Source: Alkalimonas delamerensis (GTDB lineage Bacteria; Pseudomonadota; Gammaproteobacteria; Enterobacterales; Alteromonadaceae). From it: DNA of 24,000 bases. Below are positions 8,402 to 15,643 of the stretch, piece by piece. Made by a program: the position numbers and the translations under genes. The number at the start of each line of letters is the position of its first letter. Within the stretch, counting starts at the first letter, position 1. The stretch spans positions 211,597-235,596 of the forward strand of contig NZ_JAUZVY010000001.1 of NCBI RefSeq assembly GCF_030717955.1, read 5' to 3'. The notes beneath the pieces were generated by a model. That model had not been told where the DNA came from. It ran no database searches and was given only the letters and a program-made list of their open reading frames with translations.

Positions 8402-10270
8402 ATGTTTCGACAATTCAGTATCAAGCAGCGTTTGTTGGCCAATGGCCTGGCGCTTGTTATGGCCATGTTGGTGATGCTTGGTTTGCTGTTTTATCAAAGC
8501 AGCCAATTGACCAGTCTGGCGCAGGCGCAGGAAACGGTTCAACGGTTGAACACCGATGTGTTGATGTTCCGCCGGCATGAAAAAGATTTCTTGTTGCGAT
8601 TCGAATTGCGTTATCTGGAACGGATGCAGCAGCACTATGGGGCGATGCAACAACAAGCCGACTCATTGGATGCCTTGTTGCAACAGCATCGGATTGACCG
8701 TGGCCCTTTGCTTGAATTCCAACGCGATACTGAACGTTATCAGCAAAGTTTTACGGCGCTGGTGCGACAATACCAACAGATGGGTTTAACACCGGAGCAG
8801 GGGCTGCAAGGCGAGCTTCGCCATGCGGCTCAGCAGATAGAAAATCTACTGCAACAGCGTGGTGATGATCGTTTAATGGCGCAGCTGTTGCAACTGCGCC
8901 GGCATGAAAAAGATTTTTTATTGCGCCGCGATGCCGATTACTACCAGCGCTTTGGCCAGACCTTTCAGCAAATGCAAGCTTTGATGCAGTCGTTGGATGC
9001 TGTTGAGCGCCAGCAAGTTCAGCGGTTGGCCGCAGACTACCAGCAAGCCTTTGCCAATCTGGTTTCGGCGTATCAGCAGGCTGGTCTTGATCAAAATTCA
9101 GGCTTGCAGGGCGAGATGCGCCGCGCCATTCATGCCACCGAGCAAAGCTTGCAGCAATTGTCGCAAGCGACCGGTCAGGCCATTGCCAGCTCGGTCTCTC
9201 AAACGCAATGGTTGGCGCTTAGCTTCTTTGTGTTGGTATTGGGGGTGGTGTTGACTCTGGTCTTTATGACCAGCCGCAGTATTCTGCAGCCAATATTGGC
9301 AGTGTGCCAGACGGTTGGGCTGGTGCGGCAGGACAATGATTTTCGTCAGCGCATTCAGGTCGATGGTAAGGATGAAATGACGGCCCTGGCACAGGATGTG
9401 AATGGCATGATTGCGGACTTCCAGGATTTGGTCAACAACGTCAACCAGGCGCTGGATATGTTGGATACAGCTACCCAGCAACTGGCAAAATCGACCAATG
9501 AAACCAGCGATGGCATGCAGTTGCAGCAGCAAGAGAGCGATATGGTAGCGACCGCGGTTACGGAAATGGGGGCGACCATCAATGAAATTGCTGGTAATAC
9601 CGAAAGTACTGCCGATAAAGCCAGCACCACCAATGACAACGCCAAGCACGGTCAACAGGAGGTGGAAAAAACAGTCGCCGGCATCCAGCAATTGTCGACC
9701 GAATTGCAGGATGCAACCCAGGTGGTGGAAGCGCTGGAGCAGGACAGTCAGACCATTGGCTCCGTGCTGGATGTGATCCGGGGCATTGCCGAGCAGACCA
9801 ACTTGCTGGCGCTGAATGCAGCCATTGAAGCAGCCCGTGCCGGTGAGCAGGGCCGTGGCTTTGCGGTGGTGGCGGACGAGGTTCGAAACCTTGCGATGCG
9901 CACTCAGGAGTCCACCCGGCAAATTGAGCAAATCATCGGTGGTTTGCAGGGCCGTACCAAAGACATCGTTCAGGTGATGCTGCATTGCCGTGAACAGGGC
10001 TTATCCAGTGCCGAGCAGGCGCAATTGGCCCGGCAGCTGCTGGAACAAATTACCGAAGATGTCAGCGGCATTATGGACATGACCACTCAGATAGCTGCGG
10101 CCATCGAAGAGCAAAGTCAGGTGGCAGCAGAAGTGAACCAAAATGTGGTGAAAATTCGCGATATTTCGGTGCAGTCCTATCAGCATGCTCAGCACAATGC
10201 AGAAATCAGCGAAGAAGTTGCCATGCAGGCGGCCCGTTTGCATCAGACGGTGGATCGCTTTAAAGCCTGA
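8402..10270 (+). CDS. Methyl-accepting chemotaxis protein with a bimodular helical periplasmic sensor, HAMP domain and MA signalling domain
   Basis: 622 aa. TM1 is LANGLALVMAMLVMLGLLF. A periplasmic region of about 250 aa contains two copies of a roughly 109-aa module (RRHEKDFLLR occurs twice). TM2 is WLALSFFVLVLGVVLTLVF. The canonical hairpin tip is EQTNLLALNAAIEAARAGEQGRGFAVVADEVRNLA. GGAG lies 7 nt upstream of the ATG. Confidence 0.95.
   Translation: MFRQFSIKQRLLANGLALVMAMLVMLGLLFYQSSQLTSLAQAQETVQRLNTDVLMFRRHEKDFLLRFELRYLERMQQHYGAMQQQADSLDALLQQHRIDRGPLLEFQRDTERYQQSFTALVRQYQQMGLTPEQGLQGELRHAAQQIENLLQQRGDDRLMAQLLQLRRHEKDFLLRRDADYYQRFGQTFQQMQALMQSLDAVERQQVQRLAADYQQAFANLVSAYQQAGLDQNSGLQGEMRRAIHATEQSLQQLSQATGQAIASSVSQTQWLALSFFVLVLGVVLTLVFMTSRSILQPILAVCQTVGLVRQDNDFRQRIQVDGKDEMTALAQDVNGMIADFQDLVNNVNQALDMLDTATQQLAKSTNETSDGMQLQQQESDMVATAVTEMGATINEIAGNTESTADKASTTNDNAKHGQQEVEKTVAGIQQLSTELQDATQVVEALEQDSQTIGSVLDVIRGIAEQTNLLALNAAIEAARAGEQGRGFAVVADEVRNLAMRTQESTRQIEQIIGGLQGRTKDIVQVMLHCREQGLSSAEQAQLARQLLEQITEDVSGIMDMTTQIAAAIEEQSQVAAEVNQNVVKIRDISVQSYQHAQHNAEISEEVAMQAARLHQTVDRFKA
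8570..8925 (+). repeat. Intragenic direct repeat marking the duplicated sensor module of the MCP
   Basis: cgccggcatgaaaaagatttcttgttgcg (8570..8598) matches cgccggcatgaaaaagattttttattgcg (8897..8925) at 27 of 29 nt. The offset is 327 nt, which is 109 codons. Confidence 0.8.
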
Positions 10271-10271
10271 G

Positions 10272-10299
10272 TTGACAAATTCAGGGACAGCTCTATAGT
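10272..10299 (+). promoter_or_regulatory. Putative sigma70 promoter for the binding-protein gene (TTGACA, 16-nt spacer, TATAGT)
   Basis: A consensus -35 TTGACA sits at 10272..10277 and TATAGT at 10294..10299. They begin 2 nt after the MCP stop and end 30 nt before ATG 10329. Confidence 0.5.
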
Positions 10300-10328
10300 C
10301 AAGTAGTTGAATATTTAGGGACAATGGA

Positions 10329-11033
10329 ATGCGACCAGGGCTGGTACTCTGTAGTTTATTGGCAGCTTGGGCCTTTGCTGAGCCACTTAAAGTTGTGACC
10401 TCACCGATGGCACCCTACCAGATGCAGCAAAACGGTGAGGTCAGTGGCAGCAACACCCTTTGGGTGCGCCAGTTGCTGGAAGAGGCTGAACTAACCGCGG
10501 ATTTTGCGCTCTACCCCTGGCCCAGGGCCTATCAATTGGCATCGTCTGAACCCAATGTGTTGATTTATGCGTTGGCTCGCACTCCAGATCGGGAAGCGAT
10601 GTTTCATTGGGTGGCGCCGATAGCGAGTTTTGAGCACGCGCTGCTGGTGCGAGCCAGTCAGCGGTCGTCGTTGCAACAGCGCTTGCAGCAAGGCGATACC
10701 CTGGTGTTGGCTGTGCCGCGCGATCATGTGGCGCTGCGTTTTGTGCAGTATTTGCCAGAAGCGGAACAGCTCGATATTTTTTACACCGCCAGTACCGATG
10801 AAGCGATGCGGTTATTGCTGAATGGGCGGGTGGATGCGGTGCTGGAAAATCCACAGTTGACTTCCGCTTTGGTGGCCAGCCACCCGCAATCGGCCGATGC
10901 GGTGCAAGTGCTGCTGTCGATCCCCGCATCCAGATCCACCGCCTACCTGGCTGCCAGCAAAGCCACCGATGAGGCATTGATTCAACGCTTGCAACGAGCA
11001 TTTCAGCGACTGCATGGAAAAGCCCCCGATTGA
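10329..11033 (+). CDS. Orphan periplasmic substrate-binding protein (family 3 / amino-acid-binding type)
   Basis: 234 aa. Signal peptide MRPGLVLCSLLAAWAFA|EP, then a pattern typical of stand-alone SBP_bac_3 proteins (PMAPYQ, ALYPWPRAY, VLIYALARTPDRE, FHWV). No permease or ATPase genes are adjacent. Confidence 0.75.
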   Translation: MRPGLVLCSLLAAWAFAEPLKVVTSPMAPYQMQQNGEVSGSNTLWVRQLLEEAELTADFALYPWPRAYQLASSEPNVLIYALARTPDREAMFHWVAPIASFEHALLVRASQRSSLQQRLQQGDTLVLAVPRDHVALRFVQYLPEAEQLDIFYTASTDEAMRLLLNGRVDAVLENPQLTSALVASHPQSADAVQVLLSIPASRSTAYLAASKATDEALIQRLQRAFQRLHGKAPD

Positions 11034-11052
11034 GGGCGCCGCCAAATTCAGC

Positions 11053-11445
11053 TCACTTCGGCGCGTCGGCATCGAAAAAACGAATAGGGACCTGCTGTTG
11101 CTTCGCCTGGGCTTCCTTTAGACGTTGTTGATACTGCTGCCACAAGGCTTGCTGTTGGCTTGCCAGCTGGTGCAGGTAGTCAAAGTGGTAGATGCCGCTG
11201 CGGTGACCATCATCAAAATGAATGCAGACCCCATAGTGACCGCTTGGCTCCAGCTGGTGGATGCCAACCTGGGCTTTACCCTGCACCAGCACCGGCTTGC
11301 CATGCCCCCGTACCTCGGCTGAGGGCGAGTGTACCCGCAAAAACTCGGCCGACAGGCTGGCAGTGCTGCCGTCGGCAAAGTACAGTTCCAGCTGCTTGCT
11401 GCGCTTTCGGTAATGCAGCTTGGTCAGTTGGGGGCTGCTGCTCAT
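11053..11445 (-). CDS. DUF971 (gamma-butyrobetaine hydroxylase-like N-terminal domain) protein, function unknown
   Basis: 130 aa with LELYFADGSTASLSAEFLRVHSPSAEVRGHGKPVL and CIHFDDGHRSGIYHFDYL, which I recognise as the DUF971 signature. The ATG is 2 nt after the hslU stop. Confidence 0.8.
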   Translation of the reverse strand: MSSSPQLTKLHYRKRSKQLELYFADGSTASLSAEFLRVHSPSAEVRGHGKPVLVQGKAQVGIHQLEPSGHYGVCIHFDDGHRSGIYHFDYLHQLASQQQALWQQYQQRLKEAQAKQQQVPIRFFDADAPK

Positions 11446-11447
11446 GG

Positions 11448-12776
11448 CTACAGGATAAAGCGGCTTAAGTCTTCATCCTGCACCAGGGCATCCAGGTGCT
11501 GATCGACATAAGCACCATCAACCACTACCGTCTGACCGGCATGATCGGCCGCTTCATACGAGATTTCATCCAGCAAACGCTCCATCACGGTGTACAAGCG
11601 ACGGGCACCGATGTTTTCGGTCTTTTCATTGACATGAAAAGCTGCATCGGCCAGTTTACGAATGCCGTCTTTGGTAAACTCCAGCTTGACCCCTTCGGTC
11701 GCCAGCATGGCAATGCTTTGTTCGGTCAGTGAAGCCTTAGGCTCGGTCAATACCCGCTCAAAGTCATCGGCAGTGAGCGCCGATAGCTCGACCCGAATCG
11801 GCAAGCGGCCTTGCAGCTCAGGCACCAGATCCGATGGTTTGCTCATCTGAAAAGCGCCGGAAGCGATAAACAGAATGTGATCGGTTTTGATCATGCCATG
11901 CTTGGTGTTGACGGTGCAGCCTTCGATGAGCGGCAGCAGATCGCGCTGCACCCCTTCGCGGGAGACATCCGGCCCACCGGCATTTTCCCGCTTGCAGATT
12001 TTGTCGACTTCATCGAGAAAAACAATGCCGTTTTGCTCGACCAGTTCAACCGCTTGCAACTTTAACTCTTCCGGGTTGACCAGCCGGCTGGCTTCTTCTT
12101 CCGTTAACAGTTTAAAGGCATCTTTGATCTTAAGTTTGCGTTTTTTCTTGCGCTCGGTGCCGAGGTTTTGAAACATGCTTTGCAGCTGTGAGGTCATTTC
12201 CTCCATGCCCGGTGGGGTCATGATCTCGATGCCCAGTTGAGGCTGCGCTATGTCAATCTCGATTTCTTTGTCGTCGAGCTGGCCTTCGCGCAGTTTTTTG
12301 CGAAACACCTGGCGGGTGTTGCTGTCTTCTGCCGGCTTATCGTCTTGCCAGTTGTCACGGGCGCGTGGCAGCAGTGCATCCAGAATACGCTCTTCGGCGG
12401 CTTCTTCAGCCCGGTACTGGTTTTTGGCGATTTCCTGCTCGCGCAGCATCTTGACCGCACTGTCGGCCAGATCGCGGATAATGCTCTCGACATCCTTGCC
12501 GACATAGCCCACCTCGGTGAATTTGGTGGCTTCTACTTTGATAAAAGGGGCATTGGCCAGCTTGGCCAGGCGGCGGGCAATTTCGGTTTTGCCGACACCG
12601 GTCGGGCCTATCATCAGAATATTTTTTGGCGTCACTTCCTGGCGCAGCGCTTCAGGCAGCTGCATCCGGCGCCAGCGGTTTCGCAGCGCAATGGCAACAG
12701 CGCGTTTGGCCTGATGCTGGCCTATGATGTGCCGATCCAGCTCGTGCACTATTTCTCTGGGGGTCATATCGGACAT
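11448..12776 (-). CDS. hslU: ATP-dependent protease ATPase subunit HslU
   Basis: 442 aa, [40 protein letters not shown], Walker [17 protein letters not shown]-terminal EDLSRFIL. Colinear with E. coli HslU. Confidence 0.98.
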   Translation of the reverse strand: MSDMTPREIVHELDRHIIGQHQAKRAVAIALRNRWRRMQLPEALRQEVTPKNILMIGPTGVGKTEIARRLAKLANAPFIKVEATKFTEVGYVGKDVESIIRDLADSAVKMLREQEIAKNQYRAEEAAEERILDALLPRARDNWQDDKPAEDSNTRQVFRKKLREGQLDDKEIEIDIAQPQLGIEIMTPPGMEEMTSQLQSMFQNLGTERKKKRKLKIKDAFKLLTEEEASRLVNPEELKLQAVELVEQNGIVFLDEVDKICKRENAGGPDVSREGVQRDLLPLIEGCTVNTKHGMIKTDHILFIASGAFQMSKPSDLVPELQGRLPIRVELSALTADDFERVLTEPKASLTEQSIAMLATEGVKLEFTKDGIRKLADAAFHVNEKTENIGARRLYTVMERLLDEISYEAADHAGQTVVVDGAYVDQHLDALVQDEDLSRFIL

Positions 12777-12788
12777 AAGGTAACCTGC

Positions 12789-13307
12789 TTATAGCTGTTC
12801 AATGGTGTGGTGCTGGTTGGTAAAGACGCAAATGTTGCCAGCGATGGTCAGACTTTTTTCCACAATATCATTCGCGGACAGTTCGGTATTTTCCAGCAAG
12901 GCGGTTGCGGCCGCCTGGGCAAAAGGGCCGCCGCTGCCAATGGCAATCAAGTCATGCTCGGGCTGAATCACATCGCCGTTGCCGGTGATGATCAACGAGC
13001 TGTTGGCATCGGCAACCGCCAGCAAGGCTTCGAGACGGCGCAGCATGCGATCGGTGCGCCAGTCTTTCGCCAGCTCGACGGCGGCGCGCATCAGGTGGCC
13101 CTGGTGCATCTCCAGTTTGGCTTCAAAGCGTTCAAACAGGGTAAAGGCGTCGGCGGTGCCGCCGGCAAAGCCAGCCAGCACTTTGTTTTGGTAAAGGCGG
13201 CGTACTTTGCGGGCATTGCCTTTCATTACGGTATTGCCAAGCGAAACCTGGCCATCGCCGCCCAGTGCGACCTGGCCATTGCGGCGAACAGAAACGATGG
13301 TAGTCAT
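12789..13307 (-). CDS. hslV: ATP-dependent protease subunit HslV
   Basis: 172 aa, [39 protein letters not shown] with Thr2 as the nucleophile. Near-identical in pattern to E. coli HslV. A 12-nt gap separates it from hslU. Confidence 0.98.
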   Translation of the reverse strand: MTTIVSVRRNGQVALGGDGQVSLGNTVMKGNARKVRRLYQNKVLAGFAGGTADAFTLFERFEAKLEMHQGHLMRAAVELAKDWRTDRMLRRLEALLAVADANSSLIITGNGDVIQPEHDLIAIGSGGPFAQAAATALLENTELSANDIVEKSLTIAGNICVFTNQHHTIEQL

Positions 13308-13340
13308 GAGGAGCCCTTAGTGGCAGTTCAGATAACGGCT

Positions 13341-13371
13341 ATCTGAGGGCTCCATGCTTGCTTTTCAAGGG
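13341..13371 (-). promoter_or_regulatory. Putative sigma32 heat-shock promoter of hslVU
   Basis: The minus strand reads CCCTTGAA (13371..13364), a 14-nt spacer, then CCCTCAGAT (13349..13341). The sigma32 consensus is CTTGAA, 13-15 nt, CCCCATnT. hslVU is a classical sigma32 operon in E. coli. Confidence 0.5.
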
Positions 13372-13377
13372 TGCTTG

Positions 13378-13908
13378 CTAGTTCCAGTTCCAGATTTGGC
13401 AACTGTTGATGCCGTTGCGGCGCAAGCGGTTGCGATCGGCTTCGGCCTGACGACGACTGTCGTAAGGGCCTAACACCACCCGGTACCAGACGCCGTTGCT
13501 GCCTTCGGTGCGGCGAATGCTGGATGAAAAACCGGCAAACGCAATTTGTGCCCGCATCGCATCGGCTTGCTCTTCGCTGCGAAACGAAGCGCACTGCATC
13601 TGAAAGGGGCCGCGCGACTCAAGCTCCCGTACTTCCACCGCCACTTCACGGTTTTCCAACTCACGAATGTATTGAAACGGCTCTTCGGTCGGTCGCTCTG
13701 GCAAGGGATCTTTTTCCACTTCAACCACCGGGGCAGCTGGTGTACTAACCGGCTCTTGCTGGTTGATGGTCCACAAAAACCAGCCAAACAGCAGCATCAA
13801 GCCTGCCGTCACCGACAGCAACAACCAGGGAAACGGCGCTTTGGCCGGCGCTTTTTTGCGAGGCTTGGCTTTTGGGCGGGCGGTTTTTACATAATCACGT
13901 CGTGGCAT
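13378..13908 (-). CDS. ftsN: Cell division protein FtsN (short form, SPOR domain)
   Basis: 176 aa. Cytoplasmic MPRRDYVKTARPKAKPRKK, one TM segment (WLLLSVTAGLMLLFGWFLW), the FQYIRELENRE motif matching the E. coli FtsN essential segment WRYIKELESRQ, and a C-terminal SPOR domain (MQCASFRSEEQADAMRAQIAFAGF...WYRVVLGPY). It keeps the conserved position upstream of hslV. Confidence 0.8.
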   Translation of the reverse strand: MPRRDYVKTARPKAKPRKKAPAKAPFPWLLLSVTAGLMLLFGWFLWTINQQEPVSTPAAPVVEVEKDPLPERPTEEPFQYIRELENREVAVEVRELESRGPFQMQCASFRSEEQADAMRAQIAFAGFSSSIRRTEGSNGVWYRVVLGPYDSRRQAEADRNRLRRNGINSCQIWNWN

Positions 13909-13942
13909 GAGCGCCGGGACCTCCTACAGCAATTCAGCCGCC

Positions 13943-13972
13943 ATTCTAGCGGTTTAAGAGGCAACAGTGCAA
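13943..13972 (-). promoter_or_regulatory. Possible sigma70 promoter of ftsN (TTGCAC, 18-nt spacer, TAGAAT)
   Basis: On the minus strand, TTGCAC is at 13972..13967 and TAGAAT at 13948..13943. GGAGG lies 10 nt upstream of ATG 13908. Sequence match only. Confidence 0.3.
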
Positions 13973-14011
13973 TCGACAACCTTACAACAGCTCAGCCAAT
14001 AAGCTAAGCCT

Positions 14012-14033
14012 ATGAAAGAACCGCTAAAGGTTC
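14012..14033 (-). terminator. Weak candidate terminator at the end of tal
   Basis: The minus-strand RNA reads GAACC-UUUAGC-GGUUC followed by UUUCAU. The 5-bp stem overlaps the tal TGA stop. The stem and U-run are both short, so this is at best a leaky terminator. Confidence 0.2.
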
Positions 14034-15621
14034 AAAACGTATTGAGGCTGTCTGTGGTTGCTTCATCAAATAATGTCATCAAGGGTCTTACTTGATCCGG
14101 ATCCGCCAATGCGGCTGCAAGGTTGGCAATGTCTTCAGCCAGCGGGCGATCCTTTTGCAAAGGCGCTGCAAAGTCGCGAACCCAGCCGCAGAGCGTTTGC
14201 GAGGCATGGCTAAGCACTTCGCGGTTTTTTAACTCGGCGCCCTGCGCCAGGATAAGAGCTTCAATTGCTAAGATCTGATAGAGCTGGGTTAAACTAATGC
14301 TGGCACGCCTAGCTGCGATGGTGCCTAAGGGGACTATATCCTGGTTGTCGGCATTGGTTGGGATCGACTGGATGGAAGCAGGCATGGCCTGGCTACGAAG
14401 CTCCGCGACCAATGATGTAGCGCAGACTTGGGCTCCCATAAAGCCACTATGCAAACCGGTATCCTGTGGTTGCATAAAGGCAGGTAAGCCTTTATTTTTC
14501 AACGGGTCGGTAATACGTGCAATCCGACGTTCGCTGTAAAGTGCCATTTGGATCAGGGCATTGTTCAGGTGGTCACTGGCAAAAGCCAAGTGTTGGCCAA
14601 AGAAGTTGCCGCCATGCAGTACCAGTTGTTCATCCACCAGCAGCAGCGGGTTATCAGTCACTGAGCCGATTTCAATACGCACTGTACTGGCATGCTGACT
14701 GACTACGTCCAGCACGGCTCCTAACGCCTGTGGTGCACAGCGCAAGGTATAAGAATCCTGTAGCAGTGGACGGTTTTGCGCGATATCCTCTGACATTTCC
14801 GCCAGTCGTTCGGGGGTTGCTTGCCAGGGCGTTAACGCCTGACTACTGGCCGATAGCGACCAGAGCCAGCGGTGCAGTTGTTGCTGACCAGGGTGAGGCC
14901 TTAGTTTACCAATGGCTGGATGAAAGGCTTCACGATGACCTGTCAACAGCTCTGAGTAGAGCAACACCAGCAAGGTGCTCAGCTTCACGGCTCGCTCTGC
15001 AGCGGTAGCGTTTAAAGCTGCAATACCAGCGGTTGCTGAGGTGCCATTAACTAAGGCAATGGCATCTTTGCCATGCAATACCAGTGGTTGCCAACCGAGC
15101 TGCTGATGTGCTGTGGCACTCTCTATCCAGGAGCCGCCATTGATACTGACACGGCCGCCGCCACTGAGTGCACGTGCCAAATGCGCCAGTGGGGTTAAAT
15201 CGCCGCTGGCGCCGACTGTTCCTTGCGACGGTATCTCAGGCACGACATCTGCCGTTAGCCAGGCTTGCATGCGTTGCAGCAATGCGGGGTTAGCCCCCGA
15301 GTGACCAAGCGCCAGGCTGGCGATACGGGCGACCATCATGGCGCGGACATGCTGGCGCGCCAGCGGTTTACCTACACCACTGCAAAGATGGTACACCAGG
15401 TTTTGTTGCAACTGTGCCGACTGCCTTGGGTCCACCTCCGTGGTTGCTAAGGGGCCATAGCCTGTGGTGACACCATAAATACGCTGGCGTTTGGTGATGC
15501 CATCCAGCAGAAACTGATGTGCTTCAGACACTGTTTGTTGTTGTGCCTCAGACAAAACCAAGGTTTGGCGGCCAAGAGCAATGGCCTCAATGGCTTCAAG
15601 CGTGAACTGCTCATCGTGCAT
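14032..15621 (-). CDS. tal: Tyrosine ammonia-lyase (MIO-dependent aromatic ammonia-lyase) supplying p-coumarate for PYP
   Basis: 529 aa HAL/PAL/TAL-family protein. The MIO triad in GTVGASGDLTPLAHL has codons at 15202..15210. The substrate-selectivity position reads Tyr-His-Leu (LVYHLCSGVG, codons 15385..15393), as in bacterial TAL, rather than Ser-His as in histidase. AAGGA lies 10 nt upstream of the ATG. It is the last gene of the pyp operon. Confidence 0.85.
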   Translation of the reverse strand: MHDEQFTLEAIEAIALGRQTLVLSEAQQQTVSEAHQFLLDGITKRQRIYGVTTGYGPLATTEVDPRQSAQLQQNLVYHLCSGVGKPLARQHVRAMMVARIASLALGHSGANPALLQRMQAWLTADVVPEIPSQGTVGASGDLTPLAHLARALSGGGRVSINGGSWIESATAHQQLGWQPLVLHGKDAIALVNGTSATAGIAALNATAAERAVKLSTLLVLLYSELLTGHREAFHPAIGKLRPHPGQQQLHRWLWSLSASSQALTPWQATPERLAEMSEDIAQNRPLLQDSYTLRCAPQALGAVLDVVSQHASTVRIEIGSVTDNPLLLVDEQLVLHGGNFFGQHLAFASDHLNNALIQMALYSERRIARITDPLKNKGLPAFMQPQDTGLHSGFMGAQVCATSLVAELRSQAMPASIQSIPTNADNQDIVPLGTIAARRASISLTQLYQILAIEALILAQGAELKNREVLSHASQTLCGWVRDFAAPLQKDRPLAEDIANLAAALADPDQVRPLMTLFDEATTDSLNTF

Positions 15622-15643
15622 AGCATTTTTTCCTTGGCAACCG

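Noticed and set aside
8254-8580. A 108-aa + strand ORF running from the rraA/MCP intergenic region into the MCP gene.
   Set aside because: It is out of frame with the MCP and overlaps the well-supported MCP start (GGAG plus ATG 8402). It is hydrophobic only because the template is T-rich.
9098-9985. A 295-aa - strand ORF inside the MCP gene.
   Set aside because: It is antisense to the highly conserved MA signalling domain. Its sequence is low-complexity (Leu/Gln/His/Gly-rich) with no start context.
8402-10270. The MCP as the long-sought PYP phototaxis transducer.
   Set aside because: It is tempting because of proximity, but it is on the opposite strand and separated from pyp by six genes (SBP, DUF971, hslU, hslV, ftsN, then tal and pcl). 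It has a large periplasmic ligand-binding domain and no cytoplasmic PAS or other obvious PYP-docking module. Nothing in the sequence links the two.
10441-11001. A 186-aa - strand ORF.
   Set aside because: It is antisense to the binding-protein gene, which has a clear signal peptide and promoter. The product is Pro/Arg/Ala-rich with no motif.
12237-13346. + strand ORFs of 185 aa (12237..12794) and 179 aa (12807..13346).
   Set aside because: They are antisense to hslU and hslV, two of the best-conserved genes in the window.
14032-15621. The possibility that this MIO enzyme is simply a second histidase (hutH paralogue).
   Set aside because: A true hutH with the Ser-His motif is present at 1..1300 in the hut operon. 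This copy has His-Leu at the selectivity position and is operonic with pyp and a coumarate-type ligase.
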